Sequence record: OQ708376.1
Length of the DNA stretch: 64,000 bases
Reading direction: 5' to 3' (one strand)
Shown: positions 18,979 to 28,500 of the stretch, piece by piece
How positions within the stretch are numbered: position 1 is the first letter of the stretch
Layout of the letters: each line of letters starts with the position of its first letter
Made by a program: the position numbers and the translations under genes
Notes under the pieces: model-generated
Databases searched by the model: none
What the model was told of the DNA's origin: nothing
What the model saw: the letters and a program-made list of their open reading frames with translations, nothing else

Positions 18979-19635
18979 ATGGCAGCTATTCGTCATGTTG
19001 GTGTAATGCGTAATACAGGTTCTCGTGTTTTTGTTGTTTGGCGTTCACTACCAGATGATCCTGAACACTGCCTTATCGTTTATCGTGATTCACTACCAGA
19101 AGCATATGTACACGCAGTAACTGATATTGTTATGGGTCATGGTCAATCTAATATTGATTTGTGGGAAGTAATGCATAAAATTGGTTATCTCGATGGACGC
19201 AAAATGCTAGATGTTCTACACAACATGCAGCATCTACGTCGCGTTCGTACTTGTGATATTGATATGCACACTGGTGGTAATAATAAAATTTCTCTTGATG
19301 TTCTAAACAAAGCATTAGATGAAAATCAAGCGAAAGTACAAGAAGATGGTAAAGTAAAAGACTTTAACCCATTCAATCCACAAGAAGCAGACACTAAAGT
19401 AGAAGAAGCTACTATTGTAGAACAACTTCTCACTGATGCACAAAAATATGAAAAACTGGCTAAAGAACATTATGAACGTGCATACAATTTAGAGCCAAGC
19501 TTGCGTCCGCAAACACAAGTTGTTGAACAACCGAAAGATAGTAAAACAATTTATCTAGAAATTCCAGAAGGTATTTCACAGACTAAAGCTATTGAGAAAG
19601 TAAAACAACTATTTGCAGAACGTAAAGCAAAATAA
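18979..19635 (+). CDS. hypothetical protein
   Basis: 218 aa; GGAG RBS; RHVG..RNTG.RV.VVWR.LP.DP..CL N-terminus. Confidence 0.8.
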   Translation: MAAIRHVGVMRNTGSRVFVVWRSLPDDPEHCLIVYRDSLPEAYVHAVTDIVMGHGQSNIDLWEVMHKIGYLDGRKMLDVLHNMQHLRRVRTCDIDMHTGGNNKISLDVLNKALDENQAKVQEDGKVKDFNPFNPQEADTKVEEATIVEQLLTDAQKYEKLAKEHYERAYNLEPSLRPQTQVVEQPKDSKTIYLEIPEGISQTKAIEKVKQLFAERKAK

Positions 19636-19638
19636 AAT

Positions 19639-20232
19639 ATGAAAAAGAATGAATTAGATGAAGCAATTAAAGGTTTATCTAATGTATGTTTTAGTGGCGG
19701 GGCAGCAGGTGCTGACCGCCTTTTTTCTATCTATGCAAAAAATAATGGATTTGAAGTTATTAATTTTTCATTCAAAGGTCATGAGCATAGTGTAGATGAA
19801 AGTACTATATTAGAAATACCATCCAATATTCTATCTGATATTTCTATATTAAATCAACTAAACATTGCATGTTACTCGTTGCAGCGAAAAGTACCAAAAC
19901 CTGGTTCTTATGTTTACAACTTACTTGCAAGGAATAGTTATCAGATACTTAATACAGAAAGAATATATTGTATTGCAAATATCACATCACCAACTAAGGT
20001 AAGTGGTGGTACTGCATGGGCAGTACAGATGTATATGGATTCAGTTGAAAATCCTGAAATTTATTGTTATGATATGAATTCACGTTCAGTATTTTATTTC
20101 GATACAGTACTGAAAGAGTTCACACAAACATTCGTCGTTCCAGCACCACATGGTAACTGGACTGGTATTGGTTCACGCAATGCCACAGAAAAACATATGG
20201 AACATTTTATTACATTTTTCAAGGAAGAATAA
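19639..20232 (+). CDS. SLOG-superfamily-like (DprA/YspA/LOG-type Rossmannoid) protein
   Basis: CFSGGAAGADRLF and VSGGTAWAVQM match the two SLOG glycine-rich motifs; C-terminal TGIGSR. Confidence 0.55.
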   Translation: MKKNELDEAIKGLSNVCFSGGAAGADRLFSIYAKNNGFEVINFSFKGHEHSVDESTILEIPSNILSDISILNQLNIACYSLQRKVPKPGSYVYNLLARNSYQILNTERIYCIANITSPTKVSGGTAWAVQMYMDSVENPEIYCYDMNSRSVFYFDTVLKEFTQTFVVPAPHGNWTGIGSRNATEKHMEHFITFFKEE

Positions 20233-21161
20233 TGAAACAACTACAAGAACTATATCAAAAAATTCTAGATGAAGGCGTAGAAAGCGTTGACCGTACTGGT
20301 GTTGGAACAATCAAACTTATCGGTCAACAAATGCGTTTTGACCTTAAAGATGGTTTCCCAGCAGTGACGACAAAACGTCTAGCTTGGAAAGCAATGACTT
20401 CAGAATTACTATGGTTTATTGAAGGTTCCCATGATGAGCGTCGCCTTTGTGAAATTTTGCATGGAACTCGTGATACAGAAAAGAAAACTATTTGGACAGA
20501 TAATTACCTAAATCAAGGCGTTGCTCTTGGTTATACTGATGGTGAGTTAGGTCCAGTGTATGGTAAGCAATGGCGTGAATGGGAAGATTATAAATTTAGT
20601 TCCAGTACTGAAGAAATTCAAGAATTAAAAGATAAAGGATACAAAGTTATCGATTATACTGGTTCACATGGTGTTGTTATGAAACGTACAACTGACCAAT
20701 TACAGGAACTAATCAATGGTATAAATTCCGATCCATATGGTCGTCGCCATATTCTAAGTGCATGGAACGTTGGTGAGCTTGATGATATGACGTTGCCACC
20801 TTGTCATAGCTTTGTACAATTTTGTGTAGTACAAGGGAAACTAAGCTGCATTCTACATCAAAGATCCGCTGATCTATTTTTGGGAGTTCCATTTAATATC
20901 AGTAGTTATTCACTACTAACTCATATGATTGCACAAATTACGGGTTTAGATGTTGGTGAATTTATTTGGAATGGTGGTGATTGCCACATTTATAAAAACC
21001 ACGTTGAACAAGTAAAAGAACAACTACAGAGAAAACCTCGTGAATTACCTGAATTATGGCTTGATCCTACAATTACTAATATTGAAGATTTCACAATGGA
21101 TTCTTTCAAATTAGTGAATTACAATCCAATGCCAACAATTAAAGCACCGATGGCTGTATAA
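20232..21161 (+). CDS. thyA: thymidylate synthase
   Basis: DRTGVGT, FPAVTTK, ELLWFIEG, GPVYGKQWR, RRHILSAWN, catalytic LPPCH, QRSAD.FLGVPFN, GDCHIY.NH, YNPMPTIKAPMAV. Confidence 0.97.
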   Translation: MKQLQELYQKILDEGVESVDRTGVGTIKLIGQQMRFDLKDGFPAVTTKRLAWKAMTSELLWFIEGSHDERRLCEILHGTRDTEKKTIWTDNYLNQGVALGYTDGELGPVYGKQWREWEDYKFSSSTEEIQELKDKGYKVIDYTGSHGVVMKRTTDQLQELINGINSDPYGRRHILSAWNVGELDDMTLPPCHSFVQFCVVQGKLSCILHQRSADLFLGVPFNISSYSLLTHMIAQITGLDVGEFIWNGGDCHIYKNHVEQVKEQLQRKPRELPELWLDPTITNIEDFTMDSFKLVNYNPMPTIKAPMAV

Positions 21162-21194
21162 AAGAAAAGGGAGAACTGACGTTCTCCCTTTTTT
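21161..21194. terminator. bidirectional terminator between convergent genes
   Basis: AAAAGGGAGAAC-TGAC-GTTCTCCCTTTT with A and T tracts on both sides. Confidence 0.9.
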
Positions 21195-21195
21195 A

Positions 21196-23160
21196 TTATC
21201 TAATTGTTACCAATGTTCTTCCGTCGAAACGTACATCAGGTGTTGAAGGTATACTGAACACTACGTTAGTGCCGTTAAACGTCACGCTATCGACCTCAAC
21301 ACGAGTATAGACACCAGAACTAACCTGTTCCTGTATCTCTGCTGTGACGATGTTTGAGGCTGTTACAGTAAGGGTGTAGTAGTTACCACTTAAGACCCAA
21401 GATGAAATGGTAAAAGCATCGGTTCTCACTGAACCTGAACCAATTGGAACCCATTGACCTTGAACTTTTTGCATTGAAGTACGCTCGGTATTGGAGTATG
21501 CAATCATACCATCAACGCCAACAGAGTTATCAATAGTAGCTAGTACAGGTAATTGGATACCATATCTATTAAAACGTGTTCTTATAGTTCCATTATCATA
21601 GATACTTACATCAGCATAATTACCCATTGATAGTTTTAAATCAGAACTAACTAATTGGATTGTACTTTGATTAGTAGCACTTTCTAATGTAATTATACCA
21701 TTAGCTAATAGATTTATATTTTTAAATTTATTAGTTGTTCCATTAAAATTAGTATTAGCTGTAAAAGTACTAACACCATTAACTGTAATGGTATCTGATG
21801 CAGCATCACCTAATGTGGTATTACCTTGAATGTTCAAATTACCACTAGCAGTTATATTACTAGCTGATGTATCCCCAGTTAATGTACTTGTACCATCAAC
21901 AACAATATTACCATGAAACGCACTTTCGCCATTTTTAAATTCAACTTGAACTTTATTCATTGAACTAAATGAAATAATATTACTACTAGCACTTAATCCC
22001 ACATTAGTATTAGTTGCATTATCAAATCTTAGTACTGGCGTTGATGCAGGTGTTGATGTTGATTGATATAATGTTAGTGTTGAATTATTAATTCGAACAC
22101 GTTCTGTACCAGCAGTACTGAACCCAATTGCGTCATCGGCTGGATGAAATATACCAGTATTAGCATCTGACCACTTAGTTGGGTCATTACCTGGGTTATT
22201 CGTTGGGTCAAACGGATTATTGTTAAATGTCAATGCTGGTGCTGCTGCACTTCCATACACCACCCCAAAACGCCCAGAGCCGTCTGTTCCATCATTATAC
22301 ATGGAATCACCAGTTCTACGTAAACACTCAATCACAACGTTATCTATGGATGTTTGAACGGTCCCTGCGTTTGTCCTAAATTGACGATGATTTGCAATCA
22401 TTACAGTATTGTCATATAATACTGAAGCAGCGGAAATGCTTGTTCTTGACTGGCGTAGACGTATGTTTTTATCTTCAGTTATAATAATCCAATCACCATC
22501 TGATAGTGCGGTTTGGTTCATTGGAACACCTGAAGCAAATGGTTTGGTTAAGTCAGCATCTGTTGCTAAATTTTTAAGACCATCATGACCAGTACTCGGA
22601 ATAGATGCAGGAATAATTCTAGCGAAAGCGTATGTTACTAGTTTAGCACCAGATATATTTGGATTAGAGTCAACATAATATAAAATTTCAATCCAATTAC
22701 CTTGTCCAGTTGGATTTGTAGGAGTAAATGTAACAGGACTTGTTTGTGGATTATTTGCTTCATAATGGGCTTGTGCGGCATCCATAATACCACGAACAAC
22801 ATAATAATCACCATTTAGTGATGCTGCTGGTGCTGGTAGTGGAGTTTGTGCTAAAGGTGGATCAATATCATCTGGAATAGGATTATATGTACCAACAAAT
22901 TGTAAACCACTAGTTACTGAATCTGGTAATTGGGAAGTAAGAAGTTTACCATTTGCATCTAAGTTTGCAAAACGGCGATATGCCATAGTACCATCTTCAA
23001 AATCCAGAACACCTTCAAACGATTTCCATTCCTTATTGTATCTAATCATCCCTGATCTTATTACATCAGCGGTTTCTTTTGATGGTGCTTTCGGTAACTC
23101 TAAAAAAGATTTACTATCGATAATTACACCACCATCACCTCTAATTCGATTTATACTCAT
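21196..23160 (-). CDS. virion structural / tail fibre-associated protein
   Basis: 654 aa; fibre-type motifs GMIRYN, LDANGK..SQLP and GSAAAPALTF..DANTGIF..ADDAIGFSTAGTER; TAAATA at 23194-23199. Confidence 0.65.
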   Translation of the reverse strand: MSINRIRGDGGVIIDSKSFLELPKAPSKETADVIRSGMIRYNKEWKSFEGVLDFEDGTMAYRRFANLDANGKLLTSQLPDSVTSGLQFVGTYNPIPDDIDPPLAQTPLPAPAASLNGDYYVVRGIMDAAQAHYEANNPQTSPVTFTPTNPTGQGNWIEILYYVDSNPNISGAKLVTYAFARIIPASIPSTGHDGLKNLATDADLTKPFASGVPMNQTALSDGDWIIITEDKNIRLRQSRTSISAASVLYDNTVMIANHRQFRTNAGTVQTSIDNVVIECLRRTGDSMYNDGTDGSGRFGVVYGSAAAPALTFNNNPFDPTNNPGNDPTKWSDANTGIFHPADDAIGFSTAGTERVRINNSTLTLYQSTSTPASTPVLRFDNATNTNVGLSASSNIISFSSMNKVQVEFKNGESAFHGNIVVDGTSTLTGDTSASNITASGNLNIQGNTTLGDAASDTITVNGVSTFTANTNFNGTTNKFKNINLLANGIITLESATNQSTIQLVSSDLKLSMGNYADVSIYDNGTIRTRFNRYGIQLPVLATIDNSVGVDGMIAYSNTERTSMQKVQGQWVPIGSGSVRTDAFTISSWVLSGNYYTLTVTASNIVTAEIQEQVSSGVYTRVEVDSVTFNGTNVVFSIPSTPDVRFDGRTLVTIR

Positions 23161-23207
23161 TTAAATATTTCCTCAGAATAGATTTATATGATGTATTTAT
23201 TTTAGTT

Positions 23208-23238
23208 AAAAGAAAAGGCCAAGCATAGACTTGACCTT
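23208..23238 (-). terminator. intrinsic terminator
   Basis: Minus strand AAGGTCAAG-TCTATG-CTTGGCCTT followed by TTCTTTT. Confidence 0.7.
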
Positions 23239-23247
23239 AATATGTTA

Positions 23248-24615
23248 TTAAACTACAGAAACTCCACTCATTGAAGGTGGAACGATTTGTTCAGCAATTA
23301 ATAATAAATTAGTTACTGTAAACTTACCACCATGTGACATTAACGTAATAGGTGTTCCATTAGTTACTAGGTTACCATTTTCATCAACACTTAAAAATGT
23401 ATTAAATGAAATAGTATCAACCGTGATAGTTGGTGTTCTAACTTGATTAATATTATTAAATTGAGTATTTGTAAAATTAATAGCAAAACTCATATTAGAC
23501 GAACTAGTAGTCCATGTGCCGTATATATTTAATTTGAAATTTAGAGAGGAATTGAAATTATAAACATTTAACTTATTACTTGTTGTATTGAAGAAACTAT
23601 CTAGTGTTCCACTAGTGGGTGTGAATGATTTAAGTATTTGAATTAAATTTTGTTCAATTCCATCAGTGAATTGTATATTTAAGTTTGAATAATATAATTC
23701 TCTTTTTCTACGAATTAGGTTAGTAGTATTATTACCATTAACAAATAATCCAGTACTATCTGATGTTAATATATTACCAGAGGTATTACTGATTTTAGAT
23801 GAAATTACATTAGCGTCAATAGATATACCATTTCCCGCAGTATATGAGGATGGTCCAGTTGGAACATACAACCCATTTACGTCAGTTGTTAACGTATTTC
23901 CTGGAGTTGTGCTTATTTTAGTTGAAATTGTTTCTGAACTAATAGATATACCAGTACCACCAACGTAATTTATTCTTGTATTAGGTACAAATAATCCAGT
24001 ACTGTCAGTAGATAGTATATTACCAGAAGTAGAACTAATTTTAGTACTGATTACTTCACCACTGATAGAAACACCGGAACCAGCACTATAAGATACTGAA
24101 TTATCAGGCACAAATAAACCATTACTTGTAGAAGATAGTATGTTTTCTGATGTCGGGTCAACCTTCACACTTATTACATCATCACTAATAGTAATGCCAG
24201 TACCAGCATTGTAAGTTATCGAATTATCCGGTACGAATAGACCAGTACTATCAGTTGTAAGGATATTTCCTAAAGATGTGCTTATTTTTGATGATATAAT
24301 ATTATTATCTATTTTAATACTGTCACTACCTGTATATGTTACTGTATTATCAGGTACATATAAACCATTAGAATCATTACTAAGAATATTTCCTTGTGTT
24401 GAACTTATTTTTGTGGATATTAAATTAGAGGATATTGATATACCAGTTCCACCTTGATAGATAATAGTGTTATCTGGAACATATAAACCATCACTTTCAT
24501 GAATTAAAATATTTTTATTTTTAGTACTAATATCAGGCACTGGTATCTTGCCTATTAGTTCTCCGTCATAACTAATATCACCATTTACAATAATATCTGT
24601 TCTTATATTATACAT
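23248..24615 (-). CDS. repeat-shaft fibre with C-terminal Sf6-type tail needle knob domain
   Basis: Start at ATG 24615 (AAGGA RBS). Six 41-aa repeats. The C-terminus RRKRELYYS..LKSFTPTSGTLDSFFNTTSNKLNVYN..FKLNIYGTW..FLSVDENGNLVTNG..LLIAEQ parallels the recalled Sf6 gp9 knob sequence. Confidence 0.75.
   Translation of the reverse strand: MYNIRTDIIVNGDISYDGELIGKIPVPDISTKNKNILIHESDGLYVPDNTIIYQGGTGISISSNLISTKISSTQGNILSNDSNGLYVPDNTVTYTGSDSIKIDNNIISSKISTSLGNILTTDSTGLFVPDNSITYNAGTGITISDDVISVKVDPTSENILSSTSNGLFVPDNSVSYSAGSGVSISGEVISTKISSTSGNILSTDSTGLFVPNTRINYVGGTGISISSETISTKISTTPGNTLTTDVNGLYVPTGPSSYTAGNGISIDANVISSKISNTSGNILTSDSTGLFVNGNNTTNLIRRKRELYYSNLNIQFTDGIEQNLIQILKSFTPTSGTLDSFFNTTSNKLNVYNFNSSLNFKLNIYGTWTTSSSNMSFAINFTNTQFNNINQVRTPTITVDTISFNTFLSVDENGNLVTNGTPITLMSHGGKFTVTNLLLIAEQIVPPSMSGVSVV
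23735..24468 (-). repeat. six tandem ~123-bp (41-aa) coding repeats
   Basis: Unit Y.(G/A)G.GI.I....IS.KI....GNIL..DS.GL(F/Y)VP. Confidence 0.85.
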
Positions 24616-24634
24616 ATATTTTTCCTTATAATGA

Positions 24635-24664
24635 AACAAAAAAGGTCAACAATAGTTGACCTTT
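24635..24664 (-). terminator. intrinsic terminator
   Basis: Minus strand AAAGGTCAAC-TATT-GTTGACCTTT followed by TTTGTTT. Confidence 0.8.
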
Positions 24665-24669
24665 ATTAA

Positions 24670-25449
24670 TTAACGTATACGTTCAGGAATATCAATACCT
24701 TCATATACCCAAATTGCAGCTTGTTGTGCTTTATAAATTGCATCAGGATCTAAATCATCAACTGCATCAATTGCAGCACACTGTTTGTCACATTCCGAAA
24801 ACAATTGTTCAATCATTGCAAATGCTTCAGTATATAGTTGAGTCATTTCAGCAGCAGATAATTTTACAATTGCGTCATCAAGAAAAATAGAAACACTTTC
24901 AGAGCCTGAAGTAACTTGTGTATAATAATTAAGAAGCATTTGACGACCAGACATATCAGTACTGTAACGATGACCATTGAACATATAACCAGAATTCATA
25001 CGATTTGTACGTTCTGATATAGTTCTTGCTTTTAAATCAGCTTTAACATCTGCTATTGGCATATCAATATAATGATATGTTTTAAGAACAGTTAGTGCTT
25101 TATATTCTTCGGTAGCGTCTTCTAAAAATTCAACAATAGGTTGATTTTCATCTTTTAATTTAATAAACTCCAACGGTTGTTCAATAGCATTAACATTTCC
25201 AAGATTTTTATACACTAACCACCAAAAACCTTCTTCTTTTCTAACAGCATCATTAGGTTCTACTGGGGAACCATCTTTACTTGAAATACCATAAAGAGTT
25301 CTAATATCACTATAAAGATAACGATAGGTTTGTGGATCTTCTGGTGTTGCACCTGGACGTTCTTTAAGTCCTTTTACACCAATTGGATTGGAAATAATAC
25401 TTCCCAATTCATAATTTTCTTTTGAATTTCCTTTCACATATGTGAACAT
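24670..25449 (-). CDS. tail fibre assembly-type protein with DUF4376-like C-terminal domain
   Basis: C-half ERTNRMNSGYMFNGHRYSTDMSGRQML...LSAAEMTQL...AAIDA matches the DUF4376 pattern; lies directly downstream of the long fibre. Confidence 0.65.
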   Translation of the reverse strand: MFTYVKGNSKENYELGSIISNPIGVKGLKERPGATPEDPQTYRYLYSDIRTLYGISSKDGSPVEPNDAVRKEEGFWWLVYKNLGNVNAIEQPLEFIKLKDENQPIVEFLEDATEEYKALTVLKTYHYIDMPIADVKADLKARTISERTNRMNSGYMFNGHRYSTDMSGRQMLLNYYTQVTSGSESVSIFLDDAIVKLSAAEMTQLYTEAFAMIEQLFSECDKQCAAIDAVDDLDPDAIYKAQQAAIWVYEGIDIPERIR

Positions 25450-25513
25450 ATAACTACCTCACTTGTTATGATGGTGTCACCCAAAATGAGTGACACCTTT
25501 ATTATTATAATTA

Positions 25514-28500
25514 TTAAGCAGTACGTTGTGCAATAAACATATCTGTTACTGGACTCACCCCGTCATAAATGACTTGGTAGATAGTTACAGAGTTTGCAGT
25601 TTTGTTTAGAGTTCCATCAACAACCGCATAAGTACCATCAGTAGTAAAGTTTCTATTACCTGTTGCATCTTGTTTTACATAAATGTATACTGAAGATGCT
25701 TTACCACCACCGATTAGACCAGTGATTGGTGCTAGAGTTGTATCTTGATCTAGAGTGATAAAGTATACGTTGCTAGTACCGTCTGGGGTCCAAGTGCCAG
25801 TTGGTGCAATAACAGAAGAAGTTACTTGATTAGGAATAACATCATATTTTTTAGTAGTTACTGTTGTAGTAGTCAAGTCAGCATTAGTAGTTGTTAATTG
25901 ACCAGTTACAGTTACATCTTTATCAAATACTGCATTTTCTTTGAAAGAAGATGTTGCATTGACAGTTAATGTATCAGCAGCCGCGTCACCTAAAACAACA
26001 CTACCATTTGCAGTCATTAATCCAGTAACAGTTAAAGTACCACCGATTGTTGCTGCTCCAGTAACAGATGCACTAGCAAGTGTTGCTGCACCAGAAGTAG
26101 TAATAGTAGTTACTGAAGTTGCTGCTAGGGTTGCAGTACCTGTTGCAGAAATATCACCACCAACAGTTAGGTTACCAGAAGTAATCCCAACGGTTCCAGT
26201 AATGTTAGCACCACTTGACATTGTTACTGCACCACCAAATGAACCAGTAGTAGTTACTTCAAGGGTGTTCCCTTTTAGCAGACCAGTTGCAGTAATACTT
26301 GTACCTGCGGTAATGCTAGTACCAGCAGCAACACTGTTGGTTGCAGTTAATGATTTAACAGCTACATCAGAGTTTGCTTGGTTTAGTGTTGCGTTTAGAA
26401 CACCAGTTACTGTAAAGTTACCGTTGTTAACTACGTTACCATTGATTGTTAAGTTGTTGTTTTGTGAACCAACATCACCAATAGTTGCTGATTTAGAAAT
26501 CAACTCTGCACCAGAAGTAATATTACCCGCTGCACTAATAGTGTCAGCCGCAACAACTGCATAAGGTTCGATTGTTTGACCACTAACATCAATATCAGCG
26601 TTGATACCACCATCTACACGCAAGGAACCAGCAATGTAAGTGTTAGGGAAAATCTGAACTGTTTCTGGTTGTTCACCGATCTTAGTACCAATAATAACAT
26701 TAGAACCAGTTTTCACTGCACCAGAAGTTGTTAGTGAACCTAAAGTTGCTGCACCAGTTACACCTAGTGTACCACCAATTGTTGCATTGTTAGTAACTGC
26801 TAATGCAGTTCCTTCACCATTAAGAGTGATTGATGGAGCAGTTGCTGCACCAGTTACACCTAATGTACCACCAATTGTTGCATTACCATCTGAATGTAGT
26901 GTGGTTGCAACAGAAAGACTGTTTGCAACTACATCAGTACTAGCTAAATCCAATGCACCTGGCGTTAATGTACCAGTAATGTTAACATTATTACCAAAGG
27001 TTGCTGCACCAGTTACATCTATTGTAGTACTAAATGTACCAGAAGTTGCAGATACCGCACCTGAATCTAGTGAACCGACAGTTGCCTTTCCAGTTACACC
27101 TAGTGTACCACCAATTGTTGCATTGTTAGTAACTGCTAATGCAGTTCCTTCACCATTAAGAGCGATTGATGGAGCAGTTGCTGCACCAGTTACACCTAGT
27201 GTACCACCGATTGTTGCATTGCCGTTTGAATGTAGGGTTGTTGCAACAGAAAGACTGTTAGCATCTACATCAGTACTAGATAAATCCAATGCACCTGGGG
27301 TTAACGTGCCAGTAATATTAACATTGTTACCAAATGTTGCTGCACCTGTTACACCTAGTGTAGTACTAAATGTACCAGAAGTTGCAGATATTGCACCTGA
27401 ATCTAGTGAACCGACTGTTGCCTTTCCAGTTACATCTAAAGTACCACCAACTGTTCCATTTGTGGTTACTGCCAATGTACCAGTACTTAATTCTTGTGCA
27501 GTTACCTTACCGGATGCAGTAACAGTTGAAGTGGAAACACCACCAGTTAGAGTACTTGCACCAGTAACACTTAATGTGGTTGCAGCAGTTACGCTATTCA
27601 CGTTAAGATCAGCACCGGATAGGTCCAAACCACCTTCAGGAATAAATGCACCCTTAACAGTTAGTTTTTGTACAGTACTGTCACCAGTTACATCTAGAGT
27701 AGATGCTGTAAGGCCACCATTCATACTAGCTGCACCAGTAACACCAAGGGTAGTAGTTACAGTTGCACTATTAAGGGTAGAGTCACCAGAAATATTAGCA
27801 CTTGGTGCGGTAATAGTTCCTGCATCAACTTGAATACCACCATCAACTACTTGAATACCACCAGTATTAACTGTTAGTTTACCACCAGTTGACAATGTGT
27901 TTGAAACTGTAGTTGCACCAGTTAACGTTGTGGTTCCAGTAACACCCAAGTTACCAGAAATAGATGGACTACCTGTAATGTTACCTGTAGTTAGAATCAA
28001 ATCAGTACCTACAGTGGTAGAGCCAGTACTTTCTAGTGTTACACCGACGATGTTTGCAGAACTTAGGTCAATAGAACCATCAACAGTTAAGTTACCTTGA
28101 ACGGTTGCATCACCTAGAGAAGTTAATGTCTTCACAGACACATCAGTTGTGCTAAGATCAATAACACCCGCAGTTAGTGTTCCAGATACTGCTAAATTAC
28201 CAGTAATCGCGGTATTTTTAGTAATGGATACATTTTCTGCCGCTGAAGTAATAGAACCAACAGTAAGTACACCACCAACAGTTGCGTTATTAGTTACATT
28301 TAGAGCAGTTCCAACACCAGATAGTGTTGCTGACCCACCAGTAATTGCACCTGAGATTGAAGCTGTTGCTGCTGAAACATCACCAGAAACTACTGCATTT
28401 GTTGCATTTAGAGCAGACACTGTAACTTCAGTACTTTGAACTTTAGGTAGAACGTTGATACCTTCTGCACTACTAACTGTAATAATACCAGTACTTGTTA

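Noticed and set aside
20232-21161. Possible group I intron in thyA, as in T4 td
   Set aside because: The ORF is continuous with all catalytic motifs; there is only a short in-frame insertion.
25473-25497. GGTGTCAC/GTGACACC hairpin between the long fibre and the DUF4376 gene as a terminator
   Set aside because: No U-tract on the coding (minus) strand. It may be a stabilising or processing hairpin, but this is unsupported.
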